Of a DNA stretch of 64,000 bases, positions 1-13,067 are shown piece by piece; position 1 is the first letter of the stretch, and each line of letters opens with the position of its first letter. The stretch is from Alloascoidea hylecoeti (lineage: Eukaryota): the NCBI GenBank assembly GCA_001600815.1, contig BCKZ01000015.1, positions 558,001-622,000 of the forward strand. Direction: 5' to 3'. Below the pieces are notes generated by a model. It was given only the letters and a program-made list of their open reading frames with translations, was not told where the DNA came from and did not search any database. Made by a program: the position numbers and the translations under genes.

Positions 1-2224
1 TGATCTCTTGTCAAAAGTCCTAGCTGGGCATGAGTTAACATATTGAGACCATTCGCCGCTTCAGCTTCAATGATACATAGTTCTGATTCTTCCAACAATC
101 CCGCTTTAAAGTATAAATTTGAAGCAAAAATCCATAATTTTTGTAAGACTTCTTGTTCTCTTTTTACTTGTTTGTCAGATATTTTGCATTTTGATCTTGG
201 GTTATTTTTACTTTTTCCGCTTTTCCCATATTTCAATATGTTTTCTGTATTTTGAGATGGGACACTTGTGTGTGTTAATTGAGGAATACCAGAGATACTA
301 GGCCGGTGAGACCAATGCAGTGCCATTTGATCAATATCTTTGCCAGCCTTTTTTGTGTTTTTTAGATCTGTATTTTTGATTTCTCCAAAAATATCGCTAA
401 ACATTAAAAACAGTTCAGGAAGCATTTGCAAAGCTGTATCAAGCCCATCCGTAGCTTCAATTAAAGCTAGCTCTGTACATTTTATTTGTAAAACAGCATA
501 CTTATCTTTAAAGCGAGAATTTTTCAGACTTCCATTGCTGAGTAAGGAGAGAGCTTTTTTAATAATTATTAAAGATTCTCTTTTGTCTTCCTTCACGGAC
601 AAAATTAGGCCTAGAAGGTGCCAAGATTGAGCATCCTGTGGATCAGTTACCAATATCTTTTTAGCTAATAATTCTGTTGCAGAAGCTAGTCTCGAATCTT
701 TTGCTTGTAATAAGGCCAACTTGAAAGCGCATTTGGTTGTCCAATTGAACATTAAACTTTTCCTTAAATACTCTTCGCAAGTAGCATCATCTATAGAGAG
801 TATATCGGTCAACGCAAGCCAAGCATGGGCCAACAAGCTTCTAACTGACGACCCGCTTTTATCTCCTGAATCATTAAGGTGTTTAATGGAATACTGACTA
901 TCATAAATATCTATAAGAGTCTTCAAAATCTTTGATATTTCAGTTGTTTTATCAAGATTATTCTGAGAAATGACAGATTTCAAGATTTCCGTTGTGACAC
1001 GAATTTGAGAAAATATATTTTCTGCTTTTACTTCAAAATTACCCTTCTCTCTCTGTAAATTTATCCTTTCAACGTAATCCATATAAACATGAAATGATAG
1101 CAGGGCTTCTTCATTTGAACCCATTTTAGATAAAGCAAAACTCATGTTCCGAAGAACTACTGAAGACTGATATGATTTTGAAACAGAATCTCGCAAAATG
1201 TGTAAAAGTTGATCAGTTTCAACAACATTGGAAGTATCCCAAATATACATAACAGTATCGCAAAATGATTCCACAATATTGTTTAACTCTGTAGCTTTAG
1301 GGAAAGTGGAATTTTTGACTGCAAGTTGATAAAGCACGTTGACTGAATTAATCAATTCCTCTTTAACTTCTTCGTTATCTGGCGCCTTTAACATCAACTC
1401 ATTAAGGAATAATAGATATCCGTTATGTTTAGCAACCATCCCTGGAGTAACATTTACTTTTTCATTTGCAATTTTAAGTTGAGAGAACATAGTCTTGAAC
1501 ATTTCCAATTGATTTCCCTTTTTCATTCCTAGAGTCAAAGTTAATAACCTTTCATATAGATGTGTTTTCCAAAGATATTCTTCACTTAGATATGGTCGCA
1601 CAACAACCATTCCACCTATTTTATCAAGGTAAACATCTTTCGCGTTGTTTAGTTTTCCGAGAGCTTCGTATGCTGCACCGATGAGTGCTGTCTTTTTCAA
1701 AATCAACGCCCTTGAGTACACAAAGTTGAGTTCGTTAGAGCTTAGTATCAACTCATCCAGGACTGTCAATACATCACCGTACTTCTTTGCCTCGTATAAT
1801 AGATGGGCTAGTGTAACATATCCATAATATAATAGTTCTGGATGTATTTCTGTACTCTCGAGTTTTGGGTGTAGTTGGTTAATTAATTTTGTAATGGACT
1901 CGTCACTCAGTTTGGTTCTAGCAAGAGGAGATTTAAGTCTATTAGGAATTGAAGAATAGATCTGTTTTTCAATAAGAGAAATTTCAGCAAATAAAACTAT
2001 TTCAGAAAAATAAGTTAGATAAAAGTAAATGGATATTATCAGTGTTCATACTATCGTGTTTATCTGTTTTTTGTTTCAACTTTTCACATAACGGTGTGAC
2101 AACAGACCAAAGTCCAACCGAACGAGCATTATCAATTTGAGCTCTAGTTTTGACGATTACCTATGATACTCGTTAGAAAAAATATCAGGATCCTTCCTTT
2201 TTGAATAATGATTTGACCTACCAT
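1..2224 (-). CDS. YPP1: Ypp1/TTC7-family TPR protein (PI4-kinase Stt4 partner); runs off the window start; 2 introns (2161-2221, 1997-2051)
   Basis: Not in the ORF track. ATG at 2224, then GTAGGT..TTCTAAC..TAG and GTATGA..TCTAAC..TAG introns. Spliced N-terminus MVIVKTRAQIDNARSVGLWSVVTPLCEKL. TPR segments AQSWHLLGLILS and LQKLWIFASNLYFKAGLLEESELCIIEAE match the Ypp1/TTC7 pattern. Confidence 0.8.
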
Positions 2225-2470
2225 GCTGGCTTGCTGATATGTCAGGTTTATGGATATGGGGAAGCCTTAAATTTAGTCCTGCCTTCTTGCTAGCGTATAG
2301 TGTGAGGAAGGATGTTAATTCCATAGTGACTAAATAAGCTCCAATATTTAAATTTTATAGTATTGATACCGAATAGTAATAATATAGCTATAATATATTT
2401 ATTATATTAAAATAAAATACTAAATCATATACATCATACTTGGAAGATATATAGAGCTAAACTAATTAAG

Positions 2471-4241
2471 CTACTCCTTCAAATATAATTTCTCATGCTG
2501 AAATTTAGCATACTTCTTCACCAAACCCTTGAATCTATCCTTATTTGAAGGATCTTTCACCAACTTTTGTTTTAGCTTGGCAATCAATTCTTTTACTGTT
2601 AGCGGACCAGCACTTAAAGCTGCTTTAACATCATGACCTACTAATATGTTAGGATTATGACCTAGCTCAGGCGAAGATGAAGTTCCATTAGTCTGAGCTG
2701 TTACTGGACCGGAAATCTTCTGCCTTTTACTTGTCTTGACCTTAACTTCAGAAGGATTAGGAGATACCACGGACACAGTACGTTTGCGAGCAGTTGGATT
2801 CCAATCACCTTTTGGAAGTTTACCTAAAATAGAAGCTGGTGCTTTAATAATAACCATGCCTTTTGGTAAATTGGAAACCTGTTTAACATGAACGCGTCTT
2901 TGGTTGGAAGAAGGACTACTTTTTCTGGAAGTCGATTGCTTCTTATCATCCTTTTTATCTTCCGCTTTTTTATCTTCTGATTTAACTTTGTTTTCTTCAT
3001 CCGAGGATTCTTCAAGGTCCTGTTGGAAGAGTTAGTAAAAGGGGTAGTAAAAGTTTAAGGAATTGTGAGAACATGAATTCTTTATCATTATATCTTACCT
3101 CTTCTGAGATGTAGGGGTTTTCTTCTTCGTCACTATCATATGCAAAGTTCTTTTCTAGAGCCATCAGGTATTTTTTTAATTTCTTTCCTTCCTTGTCCAT
3201 TTTTCGTTCATCGGCAGCATCTTCAAATAAACTATCATCTACGGCATTATCAACGGGTTCTCCTATATTATTTGCTTGATTCATTTCACGTTTTAATCTC
3301 TTCTCTAGTTCTTTATTATCTTCTTCCGGGGCATCCATTAAAGGAGCCTCTTCATCATCAGCAAACTCTTCATCAAAATCGAATTCTTCTCTATCATCCA
3401 GATACTCACCCCCACCTCGAGAAGCCTTACCAGAAGAGCCATCGACAGTTCTAAATCTTTGTCGTACACCAACAGCTCTTCCACTTAAATATTCATTTTC
3501 GTTTTCAGATTCTCTCTTTTTCATTAGCCATCTAGGTACTTGAGATTTTTTTTCCATCTTTGCCTCAGCTTCTTCAAGTGTTAATGTAGCATATTTTTTT
3601 CTGGGAGTAAATTTATAAACCTTCTCAGCGGGTACCATCTTAAATCCATCATCATCGAAAACAAATAAGACATACGCATCGGAGCTGGTAGCCTCAAAGC
3701 TTCCTACCCAAGTATTTGTGGCGTCATAATCTTCCAACACCCAGGGGTATGCTTCTTCATATTGTAATTTTTTAGAGGCCTCATTAACAGCGTTAATTTG
3801 ACGGGTTCGTTTCTTAAATAAATTTCTTTTAGATGTTCTGGCACCTCCATCTGGGGCAACAACAGACATGTCAGTTTCTGGTCTTTCGTCTGTTTGTTCA
3901 GTATCATTTGTCCCCTCTGCCTCTGCGGCAGCAGCATTACCTCTACGTTCGTCGATATCTTTCTGTGATAATTGAAATTGAAGACCTCTTGGGTCCTTTC
4001 TATGTAAATGGATCGGTTTCTTAAAACTTTCAACAGGATCAACAGGCACCCTTGAATGAAATTTTAAAACATGATGCCGAATATTCTTTATCTCATCCTT
4101 GGTACAACATTTTAACTTGTACTCCGTATAAACATTTTCGGGTGTTTCTGTTTTAACCCCGATCGACTCTTTCTTAACTATTGGTGGTTTACCATTTAAT
4201 TCCAATTTAACTTGAGGCTGAGGTTGATCAAGGGCTGTCAT
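2471..4241 (-). CDS. TFG1: TFIIF large subunit (Tfg1/RAP74); intron 3020-3098
   Basis: Motifs YEEAYPWVLEDYD, FKMVPAEKVYKFTPR and EEFADDEEAP. A GTAAGA..TACTAAC..CAG intron joins ORF 3012..4241 in frame to ORF 2471..2857. Confidence 0.93.
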
Positions 4242-4294
4242 TCGGATATTGGAAAGTATGATGAGTAGTGTATTAAAAATGAAAGTGAAAGATT

Positions 4295-4342
4295 ACGCGT
4301 AAGGGAATCACGTGTAGATGATAGGAGGGTAACAGTGACTCA
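4295..4342. promoter_or_regulatory. Divergent TFG1/HIS1 promoter: MCB-like ACGCGT (4295), Cbf1-type TCACGTG (4308), Gcn4-type TGACTCA (4336)
   Basis: Exact motif matches in a 150-bp intergenic region. Gcn4 control of HIS genes is well established. Confidence 0.6.
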
Positions 4343-4392
4343 TATCTCGTATAAATATAAATAGTAGAGAGAAAGTAGAGAACCACATTGTA

Positions 4393-5360
4393 ATGGATCT
4401 CGTTAACCACCTTTCGGACAGATTGTTGTTTGCAGTCCCTAAAAGTATGTGTTTGTGCTATACTACTTGCTCTGTCAGTGAAGTTAACCTGTTTTTATTC
4501 AATCATTTTTAGAGGGCAGATTATATGAAAAATGTGTAGAATTACTTAAAGGTGCTGATATTAAATTCAGAAGAAGTAGTCGTTTAGACATTGCGCTGTG
4601 TACAAACTTACCAATTGCTCTTATATTCTTACCAGCTTCTGATATTCCTACGTTTGTTGGCGAAGGTAGATGCTCGTTGGGTATTACTGGTTATGACCAA
4701 GTTCAAGAGTCTAAAGTTGATGTTGAAATTTTAAATGATTTGCATTTTGGTAATTGCAGACTACAAATTCAGGTACCCGAACATGGTCCATATACAGAGC
4801 CAAAGCAGTTGGTTGGTAAAACAATTGTTTCATCTTTCACTGAATTAACAAGAGAATATTTTGCCAAGTTAGAAGGTATAGATCTAACTAAAGGCGACAA
4901 ACTACAAACGAAGATTAAATATGTTGGGGGATCAGTTGAAGCTTCATGTGCTTTAGGTGTCGCCGATGGAATTGCTGATTTAGTTGAATCTGGTGAAACA
5001 ATGAGAGCGGCTGGTTTAAAAGCAATCGATACTATTCTAACGACTTCTGCTCATCTAATTGCTTCCAAAAATCCCACGAATCCAGAATTACTTGAGATCA
5101 TTAGATCAAGAATAGAAGGTGTTCTAGCGGCAAAGAAATATGTTCTATGCAACTATAATGCCTCTAGAGATATTCTACCTACTGTTCTTAAACTAACTCC
5201 AGGTAGAAGAGCTGCTACTGTATCTCCCATAGAAGATGAAAATTGGGTTGCCGTGAGTTCTATGGTGGAACAAGATAAAATTGCTGCCATTATGGATGAT
5301 CTTAAAAAAGCTGGCGCATCTGATATACTTGTTTTAACGATTAGTAATTGTCGGGTTTAA
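4393..5360 (+). CDS. HIS1: ATP phosphoribosyltransferase; intron 4445-4512
   Basis: Exon 1 MDLVNHLSDRLLFAVPK, then a GTATGT..TAG intron, then KGRLYEKC. Also GSVEASCALGVADGIADLVESGETMRAAGL and C-terminal ISNCRV. Confidence 0.97.
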
Positions 5361-5437
5361 CATTTTAACAGTTATCTATTTCTATTAAATTGTCTATAGT
5401 ATAATTTCCATCGCAATCTTCAAGTAACCGTCATTTT

Positions 5438-7213
5438 TTAATTGCCTTCTAAAGCGTCTGCATTTAAAATATATTCATGAATGAATCCAACAATAAGTAA
5501 ATGACTTTCAACACTTGTATATTCATCAACCTTATGAACATTATTAAAATCAGGAGGTGCGGAAATCGGTGTAAATCTATAGATATTTTCGGTAAGGTCC
5601 CAGTAACATTTCGTATCAGTGTTAGCCGGCAGTAAAATTGGCGCAACAATAATCTCTTTTGATTTAACTTTTCCATCTTCATCTTTACCATCAGGAAAAA
5701 TATGTGGTGCAACATTTTCATATAAATGTCTTACAGTACCTGCCAATAAATCCCAAGATTTACCACTTGATGGTGAAACTGGGGATGGTTCTAACGCTCC
5801 TTCCAAAGTAATATTAAATATACCATTTGCAACGTTATCTTGCTGAATAATAGTCTCTCCTAAATATTCAACTCCAATATCATATTTTTTAGCAATTTCA
5901 ATAACGTTATTAAGATACTTTTCACCAGTTTCTTTGATTGACGATTCAACGGAAACTCGACTATTCATAAGAAGGGTGGCTGATTCAGGTAAAGCATTAG
6001 ATTTAACACCACTATTAAAAATATCAGCGGCTTGACTTGTCTTTATAAAATATTTCTGTAAAGTAACACTATCCAAGTATTTAACTAATTTTTCGTTTGC
6101 ATCTTTATCTAAATGAGCTTTTAGAATATTAGATTTAAAATCTGGTGGTAATACCGGTGAATGAACGGCAAGACATTGTAAATAATCTAAAAATGGGTTA
6201 ACTGGAGTCAACTGAGGTTTGAATGGTGTTGATTCGATTAAAGAAACCAATTGAGAAACAATTCCAATTGCTGTATGATCAGGAGGAAACGAAGAATGTC
6301 CGCCTGCGATATCTAAAGTAATTTGATAATTGACAAATCCCTTTTCAGCTGTTGCTGGTGAAGCAACAACAAGTCCTGAAGATTCGATAATTCCAACACC
6401 CTCATCAATTAGTGCAAAAATTGAATTTGGTCCATATCTCTCTAATAAAAATTGTCCCAAATACTTGGCACCATACTGTCCGGTACTTTCTTCATCAAAT
6501 CCAAAAGATAGGAGAACTGTTCTTTTAGGATTGAAATCATCTTCAAGTAAAGTTTCAACGGCTTCAAGTATTCCGATAAGAAGATTTTTACAATCGGCAG
6601 AACCTCTTCCCCAGAGAAATTCACCATCATAGTAACCATCAAATGGAGGATATTTCCATTGACCGTATACGTTTTTATCAACTGGTACTGTATCTTGATG
6701 TGCAGTTAATAAAATGGGCTTCAGGCTTTCATCGGAGCCTTGCCAAGTAAATAACAAACCGTATGTATTCACAGTTTCAACCTTTAACTTATCATAGATA
6801 GTAGGGAAGGTTTTCTCCAAGTAAATATGAAAATCTTTAAATATATCCCATCTTGGATCCACACCAGGGGGTGGCATACTATCGTAACTTTCGGTGTGGA
6901 CTTGAACAGCACCTGATAGCTTCTGAATAGATTCATTTTTGAAATATTCGTTGTATAAAATCTTATGAATGGTCGACCCATTATCAGAAATACTATAGCT
7001 CGGTTTTATAATTGGGCGGAGAGGACATAATTCATCAGCATTCGCGGGGAGGGGATAAAGCTTACCACCATTGGGTGACACTGGAAAGTGAAAAACGGAC
7101 ACAAACAGCCAGCTGCAGATAAATAAACCAAAGACAATCACATGCTTGAAACGTGAACCAATTGACCTTTTAGCCACTGAAGGAGAGCCTGGATGGCCCT
7201 TTTTTTCTGACAT
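5438..7213 (-). CDS. CPS1: Gly-Xaa carboxypeptidase (M20A, Cps1-like), tandem copy 1
   Basis: N-terminal TM segment; motifs AHQDTVPV, WGRGSADCK, GFDEE, IDEG, GGHSS and HKVDE. Confidence 0.92.
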   Translation of the reverse strand: MSEKKGHPGSPSVAKRSIGSRFKHVIVFGLFICSWLFVSVFHFPVSPNGGKLYPLPANADELCPLRPIIKPSYSISDNGSTIHKILYNEYFKNESIQKLSGAVQVHTESYDSMPPPGVDPRWDIFKDFHIYLEKTFPTIYDKLKVETVNTYGLLFTWQGSDESLKPILLTAHQDTVPVDKNVYGQWKYPPFDGYYDGEFLWGRGSADCKNLLIGILEAVETLLEDDFNPKRTVLLSFGFDEESTGQYGAKYLGQFLLERYGPNSIFALIDEGVGIIESSGLVVASPATAEKGFVNYQITLDIAGGHSSFPPDHTAIGIVSQLVSLIESTPFKPQLTPVNPFLDYLQCLAVHSPVLPPDFKSNILKAHLDKDANEKLVKYLDSVTLQKYFIKTSQAADIFNSGVKSNALPESATLLMNSRVSVESSIKETGEKYLNNVIEIAKKYDIGVEYLGETIIQQDNVANGIFNITLEGALEPSPVSPSSGKSWDLLAGTVRHLYENVAPHIFPDGKDEDGKVKSKEIIVAPILLPANTDTKCYWDLTENIYRFTPISAPPDFNNVHKVDEYTSVESHLLIVGFIHEYILNADALEGN

Positions 7214-8442
7214 TATGAGAAGTTACTGTATAAAAGGCCCTCATTTGATATCTTTTATATTACCAGGATTAATTACCGCTTATCTCCATTGTCACGTGGT
7301 ATTGCCAGACCCGGGCCTGTTGTTGCATATGTGTGTGTGGATAGTATACATCTCAAACTGAAATAAAGTCTCATACTTCTTTTCTTACTTTTGCAATATT
7401 AACGCCAAATCAGGAAAAAATTGTCCAATAATTAGTTATTTAATTAAGTATACATAATTGTTTTTGTATGCTGGGGAGCTCTAGAGCTGTTGTATTTGGC
7501 ATATTTCACAAACTAAATCTAACTAGAGGTAAACTTTACATAAATACAAATCAGCTGTCGGTGTAACTTATTTAATGAATTCACCACAATTAAAATGTTG
7601 CATATCCTTAGTTTCTGGCAAGGAAAATTTGAAAATCTACAGAAAAGAATGCCCTTTTTATAGTTAAGGCCTTATAAATATAGGGAAAAAACAGAAATGA
7701 AGATAACAATAGTTTCATGTGTGAGTGAAAGAAAAGAACTTTGGTAAAAGAACTTTGGTGAAAGAAGAAGAATATATAGATAGGAGGAAATGATTTGTAA
7801 ATTTTGATGATTTTCACACGAAGTGTGACTTTTTTGTAGTAAGTCTCAAGTTAAATTTTTTTTTTTTTAATTGGATTTAAGATTAGTAGAATGACATCCT
7901 TACAGAGAATCATATACAATTTCAAACATTTGGGAATATCTATGAAGTCCAAAAAGTGCTTCTCACGAGAGGTAAATATTAATTTAAATATAAGTAAAAT
8001 GTAGGCGCGTGGAAAGTAAACATTAATATTAACCAAGTGATATTGAGTTCAACCTGCAAAATCCAGACGTATATTTATATGTAGTATCTACTATCTAGTA
8101 ATCAAATAAATAAAGAACTCGTGAACTTCAATATTCAATCCGATACTCCTTTTGGGTCTGAGCGCATTTCTGCGAGTTACTGACACATTTGTTGAATTCT
8201 TCCATTCTTCGATTAAAACATTTTATATCTTCTCTAAGGTATTCGAAAACATTGTATATGGCCTTCATGCTTTCTGAGATCAACTACCGTAAACTATATT
8301 GGATTAAACTCAAGTACCACTAACTCAACTAACTCAATTTATATTGCAATCTCTACCTAGTTACATTGTTTTTAATTCTACAGTTATACCATATAACTTA
8401 TTATAAATCGTCAATATTATGGATATAATCATTGTCCTTCAA

Positions 8443-10245
8443 TTAATTACCTTCCAAAGCATCAGCATTCAAAATATATTCATGAAAGAATGCAATTGTA
8501 TATAAATGCGAAGATACCAAAAGATTCTCATCAACTTTATGAATATTATCATCCCGAGATTTAATTGGCGTAAATCTATAAATATTTTTAGTTAAGGCCC
8601 AATATCTTTGAGTATCTGTATTACCTGTCATCAAAATTGGTGCCATATAAAGAGGTTTGGAGATAATATTACCATCCTGATCTTTCCCAGCTGGAAATGC
8701 AGAAGGTGCAAGATTTTCGTATAGATGACGAACAGTTCCTGCTAATAGGTCCCAAGATTTACCACTTGCTGGAGTTATAGGAGCAGGTTCTAAAGGCTCG
8801 TTAAGCGTAACATTAAAAACACCCTTCGCAATACTGTCCTGTTTAATGATAACTTCCCCATTGTATATAACACCAATCTCATATTTCTTTGCAATTTCAA
8901 CTACATTATCCAAATATTTATCACCGGTTGCTTTAACTGATGATTCAATAGCGATTCGACTATTCATAAGAAGAGTTACCGATTCTGGTAATGCATTAGA
9001 TTTGACACCACCGTTAATAATGTCTGCCGCTTGACTTGTCTTTAAAAGATATCTTGTGTTTCTATTATAATCCATAAAATCGACAACTGCTTTATTCGCA
9101 TCTCTGTCGAGGTGTGCTTTAAGAATATTAGACCTCAACTCCGATGAAATTTCAGTACTATGAACCGCTACACATTGAAGAAAACTTGAGGTGGGGTTGA
9201 TATTTGTTAACCTAGGTTCAAACGGTGTCGATTCAATTACATTAATCAGCTGTGAAACTACTCCTATTGCGGTATGATCAGGTGGGAACGATGAATGTCC
9301 ACCCGCTATATCAAGTGTGATGATTACATTAAGATGCCCTTTCTCAGCAGTTGCTGGTGATGCCAAAATAACACCTCCAACCTCTTCAATACCACTACCT
9401 TCATCAATGATCGCAAAAATTGAATTTTCTCCATACTTTTTCAATAAAAATTGACCTAACAAGTAGGCTCCGTGTTCACCAGAGCTTTCCTCATCAAATC
9501 CAAAAGATAATATAATTGTTCTTTTAGGCTCAAACTTATGATCAACTAAAGCTTCGATGGCTTCCAGCAATCCAATTAAGAGATTCTTACAATCAGATAC
9601 ACCCCTTCCCCAAATTAACTCACCATCGTAATATCCCGAAAATGGAGGATATTCCCATTTGTCATAGACTTTAGGGTCGACAGGAACTGTATCCTGATGA
9701 GCCATTAATAATATCGGCTTCAATGCTTCATCTGAACCTTCCCAAATGAAAATCAAGCCATAAGTGTTAACTTTTTCAACTTTCAAATGCTTGTAAACCA
9801 AAGAGAATGTACGCTCTAGATATTTATGAAAGTCAGCAAATCTGTCCCAACGAGAATCTTCTCCAACATTTCCAGTATCATCATAGCCCTCAGTATTAAT
9901 TTGAACTGCACCAGACAGTTTTTTAATGGATCCATTTTTAAAATCATCATCATATAATATTTTTTGAATTGAGCCATTATAAGCTGGCTTCACAATAGGT
10001 CGAATAGGGCACAATTCATCGTTTAAATTTTCAGATATAGAGTTGGAACCGTAGTTTTTAAGTCTCAACACAGCGGGGTTCACAAACCAGAAAAGTAATG
10101 CGACCAAAAGCAAACCACAAATACAATGAATACGGCTATAAGTGGTCGTCACAGTTGTCTTTTTAATTGGTAGTCTTCCTGATTCATTTGTGATCTGTGG
10201 TTTAATAGTAGTCGGGAGATCCGGATATTCTTGTTTTTGCCCCAT
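8443..10245 (-). CDS. CPS1: Gly-Xaa carboxypeptidase (M20A, Cps1-like), tandem copy 2
   Basis: Same M20 motifs (AHQDTVPV, WGRGVSDCK, GFDEE, GGHSS, TGNTDT). Confidence 0.92.
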   Translation of the reverse strand: MGQKQEYPDLPTTIKPQITNESGRLPIKKTTVTTTYSRIHCICGLLLVALLFWFVNPAVLRLKNYGSNSISENLNDELCPIRPIVKPAYNGSIQKILYDDDFKNGSIKKLSGAVQINTEGYDDTGNVGEDSRWDRFADFHKYLERTFSLVYKHLKVEKVNTYGLIFIWEGSDEALKPILLMAHQDTVPVDPKVYDKWEYPPFSGYYDGELIWGRGVSDCKNLLIGLLEAIEALVDHKFEPKRTIILSFGFDEESSGEHGAYLLGQFLLKKYGENSIFAIIDEGSGIEEVGGVILASPATAEKGHLNVIITLDIAGGHSSFPPDHTAIGVVSQLINVIESTPFEPRLTNINPTSSFLQCVAVHSTEISSELRSNILKAHLDRDANKAVVDFMDYNRNTRYLLKTSQAADIINGGVKSNALPESVTLLMNSRIAIESSVKATGDKYLDNVVEIAKKYEIGVIYNGEVIIKQDSIAKGVFNVTLNEPLEPAPITPASGKSWDLLAGTVRHLYENLAPSAFPAGKDQDGNIISKPLYMAPILMTGNTDTQRYWALTKNIYRFTPIKSRDDNIHKVDENLLVSSHLYTIAFFHEYILNADALEGN

Positions 10246-10885
10246 TTTATTGTAAAAGTTAGAGGAGCTAGTTGGGTGAATTTTGTAAGATAAGACTCAT
10301 TATGCAGTGTGTAGGTCATACCCCCGATAAGGATCCGGAGTTAATTTTATCAACCAGCCAATTCAAATTAATTTTAATACCAAGTTTTTTCGCCTATTTG
10401 CCAATTTGGTTTCCATATAAATTGGCTAGTGATTAGTAACTAGTGATAACTATTAAGTAATATTTTGAAAATTGATGGTAATACGTAGTTGGTTATCTGC
10501 CTATGAACCTCCGAATTTCGCAATTTAATCGAATATAATTTAGCCAAAACGTTTGAGCATAATTGGCCTACAAATATAGAAATATTTAGCGATTTCTTAA
10601 ATTACAGTGTGTTTCGGTAGCTATAGTATTAATTAGCGATTAGTACATGTATTACTGGTAGCTCTTTTTAAGAATTCGATAGATAGTACGTATAACCTTA
10701 TCGGTGCGGACTGCGGAGTCCGGACACTTAATTAATTATACAAAATAAATGGTTCAAATTTCTCAGGCCCCACACGTGTAAAATCTACTTCAAGATAGGT
10801 AGGTGTATGCATATGTATGCTGAAATATTTCCTTATATAGTAATATGTACAGTCGCACTCCAAAAGACACTAGTTCTTATTATAT

Positions 10886-12670
10886 TCAGTAATTATTGAA
10901 ATCATCTGCTGCTAATATATACTCGTAGAAGAAAGCAACTGTATAAATATGAGAAGAAATTAAAATGCTCTCATCAACTTTATGGATGTTATCATCACGG
11001 GCTTTGATAGGTGTAAATCTATAAATGTTTCGAGTGAGATTCCAATATCTTTGAGTATCTGTATTTCCTGTATTGATAGCAGGTGCCATATATATCGGCT
11101 TCGATATAGTGTTACCATCTTTATTCTTGTCTGCTGGGAAAGCTTCTGGGGCCAAATCTTCATATAAATGTCTTACAGTACCAGCTAATAAATCCCATGA
11201 TTTGCCACTTGATGGTGAAACTGGTGATGGTTCTAACGCTCCATCGAGAGTAATATTAAATATACCATTTGCAACGTTATCTTGCTGAATAATAGTCTCT
11301 CCTAAATATTCAACTCCAATATCATATTTTTTAGCAATTTCAATAACGTTATTAAGATACTTTTCACCAGTTTCTTTGACTGACGATTCAATAGCAATCC
11401 GACTATTCATAAGAAGGGTGACTGATTCAGGCAAGGCATTAGATTTAACACCACCATTAATAACATCAGCAGCTTGACTTGTTCCGACAAGATATTTCGT
11501 CATCCTATCAGACCTTATATACTTGATAAGAGCTTCGTTGGAATCTTCATCTAATCCTGCTTTTAGAATATTAGATCTCAGTTTGTTTGAGATATCTGGA
11601 CTGTGAGCTGCTACGCATTGATAGAAATCAAAAATCGGATTAACTTTTGTTAACATTGGATCAAAAGGTGTGGATTCTATTAAATCAACTAGTTGTGACA
11701 CAATCCCAATTGCTGTATGATCAGGAGGGAATGAAGAGTGCCCACCGGCAATGTCTAAAGATATTATGACATCAACGTGTCCCTTTTCACCTGTTGCGGG
11801 TGCTGCAAATACAGCACCACCAACTTCTTGAATACCGTTCACTCCTTCATCGATTAAAGCAAAGATTGAATCTGGGCCATATCTTTCTAGTATGAATTTG
11901 GATAATTGTGTAGCCCCGTATTTTCCTGAGCTTTCCTCGTCAAATCCGAAAGATAAAAGGACTGTTCTTTTAGGGTTAAGTCCATCACCAACCAAACTTT
12001 CCACAGCTTCAAGGATTCCAATCAGAAGATTTTTACAATCGGAAGAACCTCTTCCCCATATAGCTTCCCCGTCACTATATCCAGAAAATGGAGGGTATTC
12101 CCATTGTTCATATACCTTTAGGTCAACAGGAACAGTATCTTGATGAGCAGTCAGCAGTATCGGCTTTAAGCTCTCATCGGAACCTTCCCAGGTGAATAAT
12201 AAACCATAAGTATTAACGGTTTCAACTTTCAGGTGCTTATAAACCAAAGGGAAAGTTTTTTCCAAGTAAACATGGAAATCAGCGAACCTATTCCAACGGG
12301 GATCTTCTCCTACAGGTCCTGTTCCGTCATATCCTTCTGTATTAACCTGAATGGCACCAGCCAACTTTTCAATTGATTTACTTTTAAAAGATTCATCGTA
12401 TAAAATATTTAAAATGGTAGAACTGTTGATATCGGGGTGACCGGAGGGTTTTACAACTGGCCTGATAGGACATATATCACGATTAATGGTTGGGTGTGAG
12501 CAGCCGCCTATAAAATGCCGATAAACAACCAGCAAGAAACCTAAAATAGTAAGAAGGTTCAGAACAGGCTTCCATTGAGATACTTTGGATTTCTTTTCAG
12601 TGCCAATTGAAAGCCCAAGATCAAGTCTTTGGTAATTGCTTAAACGTTCTTGCTTCTCGAGCTCCTTCAT
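10886..12670 (-). CDS. CPS1: Gly-Xaa carboxypeptidase (M20A, Cps1-like), tandem copy 3
   Basis: Same M20 motifs; shares a 131-nt identical tract with copy 1. Confidence 0.92.
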   Translation of the reverse strand: MKELEKQERLSNYQRLDLGLSIGTEKKSKVSQWKPVLNLLTILGFLLVVYRHFIGGCSHPTINRDICPIRPVVKPSGHPDINSSTILNILYDESFKSKSIEKLAGAIQVNTEGYDGTGPVGEDPRWNRFADFHVYLEKTFPLVYKHLKVETVNTYGLLFTWEGSDESLKPILLTAHQDTVPVDLKVYEQWEYPPFSGYSDGEAIWGRGSSDCKNLLIGILEAVESLVGDGLNPKRTVLLSFGFDEESSGKYGATQLSKFILERYGPDSIFALIDEGVNGIQEVGGAVFAAPATGEKGHVDVIISLDIAGGHSSFPPDHTAIGIVSQLVDLIESTPFDPMLTKVNPIFDFYQCVAAHSPDISNKLRSNILKAGLDEDSNEALIKYIRSDRMTKYLVGTSQAADVINGGVKSNALPESVTLLMNSRIAIESSVKETGEKYLNNVIEIAKKYDIGVEYLGETIIQQDNVANGIFNITLDGALEPSPVSPSSGKSWDLLAGTVRHLYEDLAPEAFPADKNKDGNTISKPIYMAPAINTGNTDTQRYWNLTRNIYRFTPIKARDDNIHKVDESILISSHIYTVAFFYEYILAADDFNNY

Positions 12671-13067
12671 ATTTGCGGGTGAGCTATGGTTTGTTTCTCC
12701 ACAAGCAAATAAATATTAGATGCCAACCATGTGAATAGATTAATTATAATATATAATACTAGGATCCCTGATCATCTAGAGAAAGTCTCGCCGAACACAA
12801 TATTAGCATATAGACCTATATAATACATATGTAGATACGTCTACGGCAAGCTTAAAAGACATGGCTAATACTAATAAAACATTCGAAATTCGTAATTAAA
12901 GGGGAAAATCAGTATCATAAGTTTGCAATTGTATGGTTTATCGATAAAACTCCTAGAAGTAGCCGGGTAACACGTAGGTCACTGCACTGAAAATCATAAG
13001 GAATATAAAATCAAAGTTGATTCCCCACTTAATAAGCCGAGATTTAGCCAAGTAGTCGAAATTTAGA

